A stretch of DNA of 64,000 bases, from NCBI GenBank assembly GCA_045545455.1, contig JAZQAY010000120.1:1195-65194 (forward strand). The letters run 5' to 3'. This DNA is from Anaerovoracaceae bacterium. GTDB taxonomy: Bacteria; Bacillota; Clostridia; Peptostreptococcales; Anaerovoracaceae. The notes under the pieces were generated by a model that was given only the letters and a program-made list of their open reading frames with translations, had not been told where the DNA came from and ran no database searches. The position numbers and the translations under genes are program-made. Below, piece by piece: positions 26,100 to 35,352 of the stretch; the stretch's first letter is position 1; the number at the start of each line of letters is the position of its first letter.

Positions 26100-28493
26100 T
26101 TATGCGGTCTCTTCCTCTTCCAGATGAGCTGTTCTGTAGATGATGGCTTCCTGAGCGCTTTCATCGAGCTCTGTGAAGTAAGCCATGTATCCCGCTACAC
26201 GGACCATGAGTCCCTTGTAGTTTTCGGGATTCTTCTGAGCGTCTCTTAAAGTCTTGGTATCTACAACGTTGATCTGGATGTGCTCTCCGCCGTGATCGAA
26301 GAAGGTCTTGATAACACCTTCGATGATGTTGAGTCCCTTTTCACCTTCAACGCCCTTAGGATCGAATCTCAGGTTGAAGAGTGCTCCGTCGTGGAATGCA
26401 TCCTGTCCCATGGAAGCTACTGAAAGAACTGTAGCTGTAGGACCGTTCACGTCTCTTCCCATCATAGGAGAAGCGTTGTCGCAGAGAGGTTCTCCGGCAA
26501 GTCTTCCGTCGGGAAGCGCTCCGGTCACCTGTCCGTGTGAAACGTTTACAGTCTGTGAGTGGACGTTGAATGAGTACCAGCCGCCTCTTGCATCATGCCA
26601 TGTCTGTACGTTGTCTGCGATGAAGTGCATCATCTCTCTGTAGATGGCATCTACGTGCTCGTTATCGTTACCGAACTTGGGGGCCTTGTTCATGAGAAGC
26701 TGTCTGAGTCTCTCATATCCAACGAAGTTAGCGTCACAGGCCTTGATGAGCTCGTCCATGGTGCAGTCTTTATCTTCGAATACGCACTTCTCTACAGCTG
26801 CAATGGAGTCAGCCAGGTTGGCAGCTCCTGTGATGTAGAGACCGGCTGTGGAGTACTTGGCTCCGCCGTGCTGTACGGACTTGCCGGACTCTACGCATCC
26901 CTTGGTGACCATGGATGCGAAGATGACGGGATATCTGTTCATATGGATGGACTGCATGAGATTGTAGCCTATCCTGATCAGGTCATAGTGATGAAGGATC
27001 TGCTTCTTGAGAGCATCCTTGAATTCCTCGATATCCTTGAACTCTCTGGGATCTCCGGTCTGAAGTCCCATGAGTTTTCCTGTTGAAGGATCCACGCCGT
27101 TATGGAGTACGAATTCCAGCATCTTACCCATGTTGACGTAACCTGCATCGGGGGAACCGTCTGTGGATCCGCCTCCGGGACCGGGCTGGATGCATCCTAC
27201 GATGGTCCAGTCTCTGGCTTCCTCGATGGAGCAGCCCTTGCCGAGTGCCATCTTCATGGCAGCGTTATCGTTGAAGAATCCGGGGTTGGCCTGGCCGTCC
27301 TGGATCATCTCGCAGCCCTTCTTGATGAGGTCTTCGGGAGTTCCTTCCCAGACTCTGACAGCCATAACGGGCTGAGTTGTCTTAAGACGGTTTGCAACTT
27401 CAAGGCACATGTATGAGAGTTCGTTGGTTGCATCTCCGCCTTCGGGCTTCTGTCCGCCTACCACCAGGATCTCCCACATGGGATATCCGGCAAATGACGT
27501 AGCGTACCAGTTGTCTCTTACTTCATATACTTCGCAGGATTTGAGATACAGACAAGCCAGAAGTTCGAATGCTTCCTCTTCCGTGATATTCTTCTCGTCA
27601 ACTACGTCCTTCTTGTAGTAGGGCCACATGTACTGGTCGAATCTTCCGTAGCCGTTTGCAGTGGTGCATACTTCGATGTGGAAGAATACGTGAACGAACC
27701 AGATCATCTGAAGCGCCTGCCAGAAGGTCTGAGGGGGATTCTCGGGAACTACTCTGCAGTTAGCTGCTATCTGGAGGAGTTCAGCCTTTCTCTTCTCGTC
27801 TGTGCATTCTGCTGCCTGACGCTCTGCCTCTTCAGCCATTCTGTGTGCATAGGTGATAAGTCCGCCGCACTGGATGATGCAGGCCTTCCAGTAGTCGATC
27901 TTAGCCTGGTCTTCCATTGACTGAGGAACAAGGTTATCGATGTTTCTCTGGCACTCGTCCATATATCCCCTGATACCTACGGTGAGGATCTTCTCATGGT
28001 CGCAGGTGGTCTCACCGGATACACCATTTGTAAGTCCGACTGTGATGATATCATCCTTCATGCACTCTCTGATGTGAGGAGGGAAAGCTGTTGCGGCGAT
28101 GTCTTCCATTGCCTTGCCATCCCAGTACTTAAGAGTCTCAAGGATCTTCTCCCTGTCTTCAGGAGTGATGTCATAAGGGTCCTTGGATCTGGTAGTGAAT
28201 TCGTCGATATCGGAAATGTACCATGAGCTGGACTGGAATTCAGGATAGAGGTTAGCTCCTCTGTATCTGTCAGTAGCTGTACCTACGACCAGTTCGTCCT
28301 CCATGATCAGAGTCGTCATGTGTTCCATGACATAGTTGCAAACCTTTGCTCTGAAGATGGGAACTGCATCTCCTGCAAACTGCTTGTATGCTTCCGTTGC
28401 CAGAACGATACGCTCTGCTGTGATGGCAGGTCTGGTGTTCCAGAGTTTTTCTCTCATTCTGGTAAGTCTTTCGTTCAAATAAATGTCTTTCAT
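26100..28493 (-). CDS. glycyl radical enzyme (PFL-like fold), substrate unknown
   Basis: 797 aa with the glycyl radical motif RVAGY (G768). The Cys loop is TIVGCIQPG (C434), 334 residues upstream of G768, which is the eliminase-type spacing. Confidence 0.9.
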   Translation of the reverse strand: MKDIYLNERLTRMREKLWNTRPAITAERIVLATEAYKQFAGDAVPIFRAKVCNYVMEHMTTLIMEDELVVGTATDRYRGANLYPEFQSSSWYISDIDEFTTRSKDPYDITPEDREKILETLKYWDGKAMEDIAATAFPPHIRECMKDDIITVGLTNGVSGETTCDHEKILTVGIRGYMDECQRNIDNLVPQSMEDQAKIDYWKACIIQCGGLITYAHRMAEEAERQAAECTDEKRKAELLQIAANCRVVPENPPQTFWQALQMIWFVHVFFHIEVCTTANGYGRFDQYMWPYYKKDVVDEKNITEEEAFELLACLYLKSCEVYEVRDNWYATSFAGYPMWEILVVGGQKPEGGDATNELSYMCLEVANRLKTTQPVMAVRVWEGTPEDLIKKGCEMIQDGQANPGFFNDNAAMKMALGKGCSIEEARDWTIVGCIQPGPGGGSTDGSPDAGYVNMGKMLEFVLHNGVDPSTGKLMGLQTGDPREFKDIEEFKDALKKQILHHYDLIRIGYNLMQSIHMNRYPVIFASMVTKGCVESGKSVQHGGAKYSTAGLYITGAANLADSIAAVEKCVFEDKDCTMDELIKACDANFVGYERLRQLLMNKAPKFGNDNEHVDAIYREMMHFIADNVQTWHDARGGWYSFNVHSQTVNVSHGQVTGALPDGRLAGEPLCDNASPMMGRDVNGPTATVLSVASMGQDAFHDGALFNLRFDPKGVEGEKGLNIIEGVIKTFFDHGGEHIQINVVDTKTLRDAQKNPENYKGLMVRVAGYMAYFTELDESAQEAIIYRTAHLEEEETA

Positions 28494-28519
28494 ATTTTCC
28501 TCCGTAAAAACTTGGGGGG

Positions 28520-29278
28520 TTAGCCTAACATCATACCGCCGTCGATAAGCAGGTTGGTGGAGTTTACATAGCTTGCATCATCTGTGCAGAGCCAGTATAC
28601 GCCGTTTGCCATTTCCATGGGCTGTGCAGTTCTTCCCATGGGCCCGAGGGTGATGGAAGCGTGGCCGCCTGTGATCTGGTTGTAATCATCAAGTGACTGT
28701 CTGAGCATGTTGGTGTCTACCCAGCCGGGTGATACAGAATTGCATCTGATACCGAACTCAGCATATTCGTTTGCAACGTTCTTGGTCATACCGATGACCG
28801 CCCACTTGCTGGAGCCGTAACCGATCTCCCAGGTGTAGCCTGTCATACCGGAAACTGAACCGAAGTTTACGATGGCTCCCTTCTTCTGTTCCACCATCTG
28901 AGGAAGAGTATACTTCATCATGAGGAAGGTTCCGTAAACGTTGATCTCATATATCTTCTTGAAGTTTTCGAAGGTATAATCGATTGTCGGAGCATACTTG
29001 CCGCAGATGCCTGCCGTATTTACCAGTGCATCGATCCTGCCGCAGTCCTCAACGATTTTGGCGATGGTTGCCTTTACTTCCTCTTCGGAAGAAACATCAA
29101 GTGTATAGAAGGCAACTTTATCATCAGGGAATCCCATCTCTTCCTTTGCCTTCTGAAGCGGTGCCTCAACTATATCAAGCATGCATGCAAAGTATCCGTT
29201 ATCAAGGAATTTCTTTACTACGTTCTTTCCAATGCCGCCGCCGGCTCCTGTAACAACTACTACCTTCTCAGTTTTCAT
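28520..29278 (-). CDS. short-chain dehydrogenase/reductase (SDR)
   Basis: Start at MKTEKVVVVTGAGGGIGK (GGAGGT SD). Has the TGxxxGIG and YGSSK catalytic motifs. Confidence 0.85.
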   Translation of the reverse strand: MKTEKVVVVTGAGGGIGKNVVKKFLDNGYFACMLDIVEAPLQKAKEEMGFPDDKVAFYTLDVSSEEEVKATIAKIVEDCGRIDALVNTAGICGKYAPTIDYTFENFKKIYEINVYGTFLMMKYTLPQMVEQKKGAIVNFGSVSGMTGYTWEIGYGSSKWAVIGMTKNVANEYAEFGIRCNSVSPGWVDTNMLRQSLDDYNQITGGHASITLGPMGRTAQPMEMANGVYWLCTDDASYVNSTNLLIDGGMMLG

Positions 29279-29327
29279 TTGACTACCTCCGTAATTGTAT
29301 CTAAGAATCATTACTAACTATCCATGC

Positions 29328-29349
29328 AGATATCAGCGCGCTGATATCT
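29328..29349. promoter_or_regulatory. 22-bp perfect palindrome upstream of the SDR-GRE operon
   Basis: AGATATCAGCG|CGCTGATATCT, about 50 nt upstream of the SDR start, in the divergent region shared with the AraC gene. Confidence 0.5.
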
Positions 29350-29518
29350 ATTATTATTGTAATTTAGAGGCGATTTTACCGCAACAATTAAGTTGCTCTA
29401 AAAATCGATTTTTTTGCTTAGAAACTCTAAAAAGGTATTTTAATAAATACCCATTTTGGAGTATAATAAACACATGGACATAAAGAAAGCAAAATAATCA
29501 TTGAAAAAGGAAAAAAGT

Positions 29519-31381
29519 ATGCTTTTCGAAAAGATAACATATCAGGATGATTTTCCCATCAACATAACCATAGCAAACATAAAAGAGTATCCCATACACT
29601 ACCATCAGGATACGGAGTTCGTTCTGGTGCTCAGGGGTGAGATAGCTCTTAAAAACGGCTACTGCACATATCTGCTCCATGAAGGCGATATCTTCACCAA
29701 TTCCGGTCATGAAGTACATAGCCTCATGTCCACAGGAGAGGATAACATCGTAGCCGTAATACAGCTGAGCACCCACTATTTTTCACAGTACTTCCCGAAC
29801 CTGACCAAGGCCTGCTACAGGACCTATACCAACAAGGGGCATACCCAGAAGCATGATACTCTGAGGGAGAAGCTTCTGGAGATACTTCTTCAGTATTCCA
29901 CCAAGGGTTTCAACTACAGATCCGAGTGCACCTACATGATGGTGGACGTCATCAAATACGTGGATAAGTACTTCAATCTTTTTGCTTTTGATAACGACGT
30001 GGTCGTAAACTTCGAATCATCGAATCAGATAACAATCGACCGTATAAGCAGGATAATAAGCTACATATACGAATTCCATTCAGAGCAGATCACCCTGAAC
30101 GATCTGGCAGATATGGAGCATCTTTCAACCTTCTATCTCAGCCACATCATCAAGGACTATACCGGAATGAACTTCAGGGAGTTCCTCTGCTTCGCAAGAG
30201 TCGAATGGTCCGAGATAGATCTTTTGGAAACCAATAAAAAGATATCCAGGATAGCCCGGGACGTTGGCTTTTCAACAACGTCGTACTACGAAAAATACTT
30301 CAAAAAATGGTTCGGCACGGATCCTCAGACCTATCGGGAAGAGCACATGCCCATGGTAATGAGCGATATCAAAAAAGGCGAGCTCATAATGCTGAACCCC
30401 AATGAATCGGTCTCAGTGATAAGGCAGGCACTTTCAAGGCTTAATTCTCAGACTCCCAGTAACGTTCACGTGAACGCCCTTAAGCTGGAACTGAACGTTA
30501 ATACCGAAGCGCCCATGATCTCCTCCATAGATCATTATCTGGAAGTCCTGATTACCCTGAACGATTTCAGAGTGCTTGGCTATTCCATCTTTGGCATCCT
30601 TCAGGAACTCAATCCCAGGAAAGTCACAGTGCTCACTGAGCCCGAGGATTCCCTTTCCGATATAAACAGGATAAAGATCCTGCTCACTTCCGCAGGATTC
30701 GAGGTGGGTCTCAACGAGAACCCAAGGTCGAACCATATGGCTCACTACGGGTACGACTCCATAGCCTATCCCATCTTCCTTTTCAACAGGATAATCAATT
30801 CCAAGGAGTCCTGGGTGAAATTCAGATTAAGAGACCCCGACAACAACAGGAACAACGATATCATCAAGGGGTACCCCGCCGCCGTCACGTCAGAGGGAAT
30901 AAAAAAGCCGGCCTTTTATGCATACCAGGCCCTGAGCAATATTTCCGGTGAGATCATCTACTGGGGAAAGCAATACTGTGTCATCCGCTCTTACCGCGCA
31001 TCTGAACCGTACTTTATAGTGATCTGCTACAACTTCAATGAGCAGATCTACAATCTCTGCCTTAAGGAATCAACGCCGCAGAACGTGAAAGACGTGATAA
31101 ACGACTTCAAGGATGAAATAGATATCTCCATGAATATGACCATCGACCAGGGTATGTATAACATAATGAAATATTCCCTGGATAAGAGCAACGGCATATT
31201 CTCGTATCTGTCCACGCTTAATTTCCCTTCAGAGCTGACCGTGCTTCACAGGCTGCCTTCAGCCTTCTCCACACAGCCGGATCTGGACGTATACACGGAA
31301 GACGTAAGAGCTACATTCAATATCAACTTCTCGATAAAGGGAGCAGGAATACAGCTGGCTATAATCTCACCCAAGGAGTAA
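29519..31381 (+). CDS. AraC-family regulator (N-terminal cupin, central HTH, ~330-aa uncharacterised C-terminal extension)
   Basis: Cupin segment PIHYHQDTEFVLVLRGE and AraC HTH IARDVGFSTTSYYEKYFKKWFGTDPQTYR. Start taken at the ATG at 29519 (the track starts at a TTG at 29501). Confidence 0.7.
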   Translation: MLFEKITYQDDFPINITIANIKEYPIHYHQDTEFVLVLRGEIALKNGYCTYLLHEGDIFTNSGHEVHSLMSTGEDNIVAVIQLSTHYFSQYFPNLTKACYRTYTNKGHTQKHDTLREKLLEILLQYSTKGFNYRSECTYMMVDVIKYVDKYFNLFAFDNDVVVNFESSNQITIDRISRIISYIYEFHSEQITLNDLADMEHLSTFYLSHIIKDYTGMNFREFLCFARVEWSEIDLLETNKKISRIARDVGFSTTSYYEKYFKKWFGTDPQTYREEHMPMVMSDIKKGELIMLNPNESVSVIRQALSRLNSQTPSNVHVNALKLELNVNTEAPMISSIDHYLEVLITLNDFRVLGYSIFGILQELNPRKVTVLTEPEDSLSDINRIKILLTSAGFEVGLNENPRSNHMAHYGYDSIAYPIFLFNRIINSKESWVKFRLRDPDNNRNNDIIKGYPAAVTSEGIKKPAFYAYQALSNISGEIIYWGKQYCVIRSYRASEPYFIVICYNFNEQIYNLCLKESTPQNVKDVINDFKDEIDISMNMTIDQGMYNIMKYSLDKSNGIFSYLSTLNFPSELTVLHRLPSAFSTQPDLDVYTEDVRATFNINFSIKGAGIQLAIISPKE

Positions 31382-31384
31382 AAC

Positions 31385-32305
31385 GTGAAAGAAATCAAAC
31401 ACAGCCGCGAACTCATATCCGTCTTAGGCCTGACCCTGGCTGCGATGTTCTGGGGGATAAGCTATCCCCTCACCAAGTTCGTTGAAGACGTACCGACATT
31501 CTACATAATATCACTGCGCTTCATCCTTGCAGCGGTCGTGCTTGCAGTGTGTTTCTTCAGACATTTCAGAAACTTCAATTTTGACACGCTTAAATATTCA
31601 TTCATACTGAGTTTCATACTCACCGCGATGTACATCTTCAACATCGTGGGAGTGAAGTATACGACTTCCGTCAAGGCTTCATTCTTCACCACGCTGAGTT
31701 TCCTCGTTTGCCCTGTGATAAATCTCATCCTTTACAAGATGAAGATACAGAAGTTCATCGGGATAAGCGCCCTGATCTGCCTGGCAGGGACCTGTATGCT
31801 CTGCTATACTCCGGATATGGGTAAACTTGTTATAAACTTCGGTGACATACTCTGTGCCCTCGCTTCCATCGCAGGCGCCATCAACATCATATACATGGAA
31901 AAGATGTCTCACAAAGAGAATATAGATAATACTCTCTTCACCATCTTCCTCATGGCATTTATCGCGATATGGGGCACGGTCATCGCCCTTGTAAGAGGTG
32001 AATTCGCTTACCACTCCATGGTAACAGGAGGACAGATGACGGCCATCGTGCTCATGGGACTGTTCTCGAGCGCGGGAGCGTTCATACTTCAGATACATTG
32101 CGAGAAGCATGTGCCTTCCAACAGGGTCGGCATAATCTTTTCCCTTGAACCGGCATCCGGCTGCATCCTCTCAGTCCTTCTTATACATGAGACCATGTCC
32201 CTCATAGGCTGGATGGGAGCTTTAGTGATAATGATATCCATATTGTATATGGAATTTGCAAATAACAGACAACAGGCAAGACTTAATACGGAAGGCGTGA
32301 ATTGA
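31385..32305 (+). CDS. EamA/DMT-family transporter
   Basis: 306 aa, about 10 TM, with two EamA repeats. GTG start. Confidence 0.7.
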   Translation: MKEIKHSRELISVLGLTLAAMFWGISYPLTKFVEDVPTFYIISLRFILAAVVLAVCFFRHFRNFNFDTLKYSFILSFILTAMYIFNIVGVKYTTSVKASFFTTLSFLVCPVINLILYKMKIQKFIGISALICLAGTCMLCYTPDMGKLVINFGDILCALASIAGAINIIYMEKMSHKENIDNTLFTIFLMAFIAIWGTVIALVRGEFAYHSMVTGGQMTAIVLMGLFSSAGAFILQIHCEKHVPSNRVGIIFSLEPASGCILSVLLIHETMSLIGWMGALVIMISILYMEFANNRQQARLNTEGVN

Positions 32306-32306
32306 A

Positions 32307-32840
32307 ATGGACAGAAATTACACCGTAACAAGATTTGAAACAGACATACCTGTAGATGAGCTGATAAAAGACTACTTTGATTACAATAAGACCCATGAAC
32401 TCTGCAAGGCCTGCTCAGGATATGCAGGCACCTGGGCCTGCCCTCCCTTCGATTTCGAACCGGAGGATTTTCTGAGGCAGTTCTCAGTCTTTCACCTGAT
32501 CGTGGACCGCATCGATAACTCGGGTGCAGCAAACGTCGACGAAGCTCAGGACAGGCTCTTCACAGAAAAGGACCGCTACGATGCTGAGCTTCTGGAACTT
32601 GAAAAGAACACTCCCGGAAGCTACGGTATGGCCGCTCAGGAGTGCGTTCAGTGCAAAAAATGCGCCCGCCTTTCGGGTCACCCCTGCGTGCACCCCGATA
32701 AGATGCGCTACAGTCTGGAGTCCATAGGAGCCTTCCCCGTCAAACTGGTGCACGACAAGTTCGGCTTCGATATCCTATGGTCAGATGGAGAATCCATACC
32801 CGAGTACTACCTGCTGGTAGCAGGCTTACTGAAGAAATAA
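32307..32840 (+). CDS. DUF2284-like predicted metal-binding protein
   Basis: 177 aa with the Cys clusters CKACSGYAGTWACPP and CVQCKKCARLSGHPC. Confidence 0.45.
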   Translation: MDRNYTVTRFETDIPVDELIKDYFDYNKTHELCKACSGYAGTWACPPFDFEPEDFLRQFSVFHLIVDRIDNSGAANVDEAQDRLFTEKDRYDAELLELEKNTPGSYGMAAQECVQCKKCARLSGHPCVHPDKMRYSLESIGAFPVKLVHDKFGFDILWSDGESIPEYYLLVAGLLKK

Positions 32841-32870
32841 AAAGAGCAGTTGAACTGCTCTTTATTTTTT
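32841..32870. terminator. terminator hairpin
   Basis: AAAGAGCAG-TTGAA-CTGCTCTTT followed by ATTTTTT. Confidence 0.5.
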
Positions 32871-33371
32871 CTTATCCTTTTGTTTTTTCTCGGCCTTCTT
32901 GCGCTGCATGGCATAAGCCATCTTGGCTTTTCTTTCCTCTTCTGCCCTTGCAGCCTCTTCCTCGGTGAAATCTTCCACACGGATGTTCGGATTCATGCGT
33001 TTGATGAAATCCATCACGTCCTGCACTTCGGATTTCCTGAATACGAAGCCTCTGATGGTCACGTCTTTCGCGATCTCCAGGAGCACGTTCGGCTTGGCCT
33101 TGGTGTAATCAGGACGGACTATGGTGATGACGTCCCAGGTCCAGGTGTACGGTATCCTGATGCCGAAAAGGTTATATACTATGTGAACTCCTTTTTTATC
33201 AATTATGTGTTCCTTGGTGTAGAACACCGCGGTCAGCATGACGACCGCCATGATCATATAGAGATAGTTTCTCATCTGATATGACAGGAAAAGTATTATA
33301 CCGGTCACTACTACCAGTATTATCTTTCTTTCAGGAGTCCTTGTCTTAACTATTCCTTTATACTGTTCCAT
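32862..33371 (-). CDS. hypothetical membrane protein with Lys/Glu-rich tail
   Basis: 169 aa with two N-terminal TM helices. No family recognised. Confidence 0.4.
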   Translation of the reverse strand: MEQYKGIVKTRTPERKIILVVVTGIILFLSYQMRNYLYMIMAVVMLTAVFYTKEHIIDKKGVHIVYNLFGIRIPYTWTWDVITIVRPDYTKAKPNVLLEIAKDVTIRGFVFRKSEVQDVMDFIKRMNPNIRVEDFTEEEAARAEEERKAKMAYAMQRKKAEKKQKDKKK

Positions 33372-33390
33372 TTCAAATACCCTGATAAAC

Positions 33391-33430
33391 TAAAGATAAA
33401 ATGCATACCCGGTGATCTCCGGGTATGCAT
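33391..33430 (-). terminator. terminator after the NhaC-type transporter gene
   Basis: ATGCATACCCGG-(6 nt)-CCGGGTATGCAT followed by TTTTATCTTT on the minus strand. Confidence 0.55.
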
Positions 33431-33473
33431 TTATTATACAAGATATTATGCAAATTATCAACTTCTAAGAAGA

Positions 33474-35006
33474 TTATTCGCCGATGTTCTTGTAGGTTCC
33501 GTTAGCTCTAAGTTCTGCCAGTCTTTCCATTGCATGAGCATGTGCTTCCTCAGGTGCAGCGGGTACGGGACCCTGCTTTACCTTTCCGCCGAAGATGCCG
33601 GTGTGTGAACCATCAGCATAGATGATGTTTCCGCCCCAGGCAGCTGTAGCGATGGAAACGATAGGGCTCAGGATGTTAGCAAATGCGAAAGGCAGATAGC
33701 TCAGTGTGGGAACTCCCATGATGCCTGAGTGATATACACCGCAGGTGGACCAGGGTACCAGAGGGCTGAACAGCGTTCCGCCGTCCTCCTGGCATCTTGA
33801 CAGGAAGTTCCTTGCAAGACCCATATCGTCGACCTTCTCCTTATACATTGATGAAGGAATGATCATGCCGAGATACTGGTCGCACATGGTAAGGATTACG
33901 AACATAGCGGAGCATACGATGGCAACACACATATGGAAAGGTGTCTTGATGTTCTTGATCAGTCCGCCGAGGAGTGACTCGATGCAGCCGACTCTTGCAT
34001 ACATACCGCCCATTGCGATGGCGATGAGCGCCATGTTGATGGTCCAGAGCATGGAGTCCATTCCTCCTCTGGTCATCAGAGCATCAGCAAGTTCGTTACC
34101 AGTTTCTGTTGCATATCCGTAGTGAGTCATTCCGATGCAGTCAGCAAAGCTTGCACCCTGGAAGATAACTGCGAACAGGCAGCCTACTGCAGCAGCGAGA
34201 AGTACGCCGGGAACAGCAGGGATCTTGAATACTGCGATGCCGATGATGAAGAGTACAGGGATGAGAAGCACAGGGCTCATGTAGTTGTAGTTGCCCTGGA
34301 TAGCATCGGATACACCCTGAACGAGTTCAGGATCATATTCACCTACATTGCCTGCAAGTGAGATCACGCAGTAGATAAGGAAAGCAATGAGGAATGTAGG
34401 ACCTGTGGTTCCTACGAGCGCTCTTACGTGGTCGAAAAGACCTGTCTGAGCGGATGCAGGTGAAAGGTTTGTGGTATCTGACAGAGGTGAGAACTTATCA
34501 CCTGTGCAGGCTCCGGAAAGAACAGCACCTGCGATGAGACCGGGATTGACTCCCATGGTTGCTCCGATGGTAAGGAATGCGATACCCAGAGTAGCTGTGG
34601 TGGTGTATGATGAACCAAGCGCAGTAGCTACGATCAGGCAAAGCAGACATACCGTAGGAAGGAAGATCTTGGGAGTGAATAATTTCAGTCCGTAGAATAC
34701 GAGTGCGGGGATCGTACCGCATGCTTCGAAGGATCCGACTAAGCATCCTACGAATAACAGGATGTACATAGCTTCCAGTGACTGTGCCATGGCGTCATAT
34801 CCTGCAGCAAGAACTTCCTTGATGGGGACCTTGCAGAGGAAACCGATGAAACCGATAACGCAGGCTGCGATAAGCACGTACATATGAGGATCCTGTCCCC
34901 ATCCAAGACGGCTGTTTGCAAGCATCAGCCCTAACAGCACGACGATAGGAAGGGCGGCCTCGATCTTACTGGGGAGACGTTCCCCGGCTTTTCTGGTTTC
35001 AGCCAT
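33474..35006 (-). CDS. NhaC-family (Na+/H+ antiporter-like) transporter
   Basis: 510 aa, multi-TM. It is paralogous to 37532..38995 (shared ...GDK.SP.SDTTNL.P..A... and ...LSRC.ED..TL.SPL.PW..CG... blocks). Confidence 0.7.
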   Translation of the reverse strand: MAETRKAGERLPSKIEAALPIVVLLGLMLANSRLGWGQDPHMYVLIAACVIGFIGFLCKVPIKEVLAAGYDAMAQSLEAMYILLFVGCLVGSFEACGTIPALVFYGLKLFTPKIFLPTVCLLCLIVATALGSSYTTTATLGIAFLTIGATMGVNPGLIAGAVLSGACTGDKFSPLSDTTNLSPASAQTGLFDHVRALVGTTGPTFLIAFLIYCVISLAGNVGEYDPELVQGVSDAIQGNYNYMSPVLLIPVLFIIGIAVFKIPAVPGVLLAAAVGCLFAVIFQGASFADCIGMTHYGYATETGNELADALMTRGGMDSMLWTINMALIAIAMGGMYARVGCIESLLGGLIKNIKTPFHMCVAIVCSAMFVILTMCDQYLGMIIPSSMYKEKVDDMGLARNFLSRCQEDGGTLFSPLVPWSTCGVYHSGIMGVPTLSYLPFAFANILSPIVSIATAAWGGNIIYADGSHTGIFGGKVKQGPVPAAPEEAHAHAMERLAELRANGTYKNIGE

Positions 35007-35267
35007 AATAAACCTCCTAAAACGTTAATAAAGATAATTCCTTACGAGTGTCTATCCAAAATAATAATATAAACACTCAGATGCGTATAATAACACCTGA
35101 CTATATTTTAACATCCTGTGTTTGCAGTTTCATAATCCGATTGCGTTTTTTATTGATTAGATTGCTTTATATGGGATTAATTGTTAAAAATATTTATAAG
35201 ATTTTGAAAAGTATATCGATTATATTGCTGTTTTTATTGATTTGATTGTTTTGTCCATTTTAGCAAT

Positions 35268-35298
35268 AAAAAACCTTTTCTTTATTCTTAAGAAAAGG
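35268..35298 (-). terminator. terminator after corrinoid protein gene 2
   Basis: CCTTTTCTT-(7 nt)-AAGAAAAGG followed by TTTTTT on the minus strand. Confidence 0.55.
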
Positions 35299-35352
35299 TC
35301 TGTCATCATTATACATTCGATGAATAATATGGACTTTACATTTACATATCCT

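Noticed and set aside
27186-27194. Calling the GRE a choline TMA-lyase (CutC) because of the neighbouring TMA methyltransferase.
   Set aside because: The Cys loop is GCIQP rather than the GCVEP of CutC-type eliminases, and the protein (797 aa) is shorter than CutC as I recall it. A second GCVES at residues 532-536 lies only about 235 residues from the radical Gly, which is the wrong spacing for the catalytic Cys.
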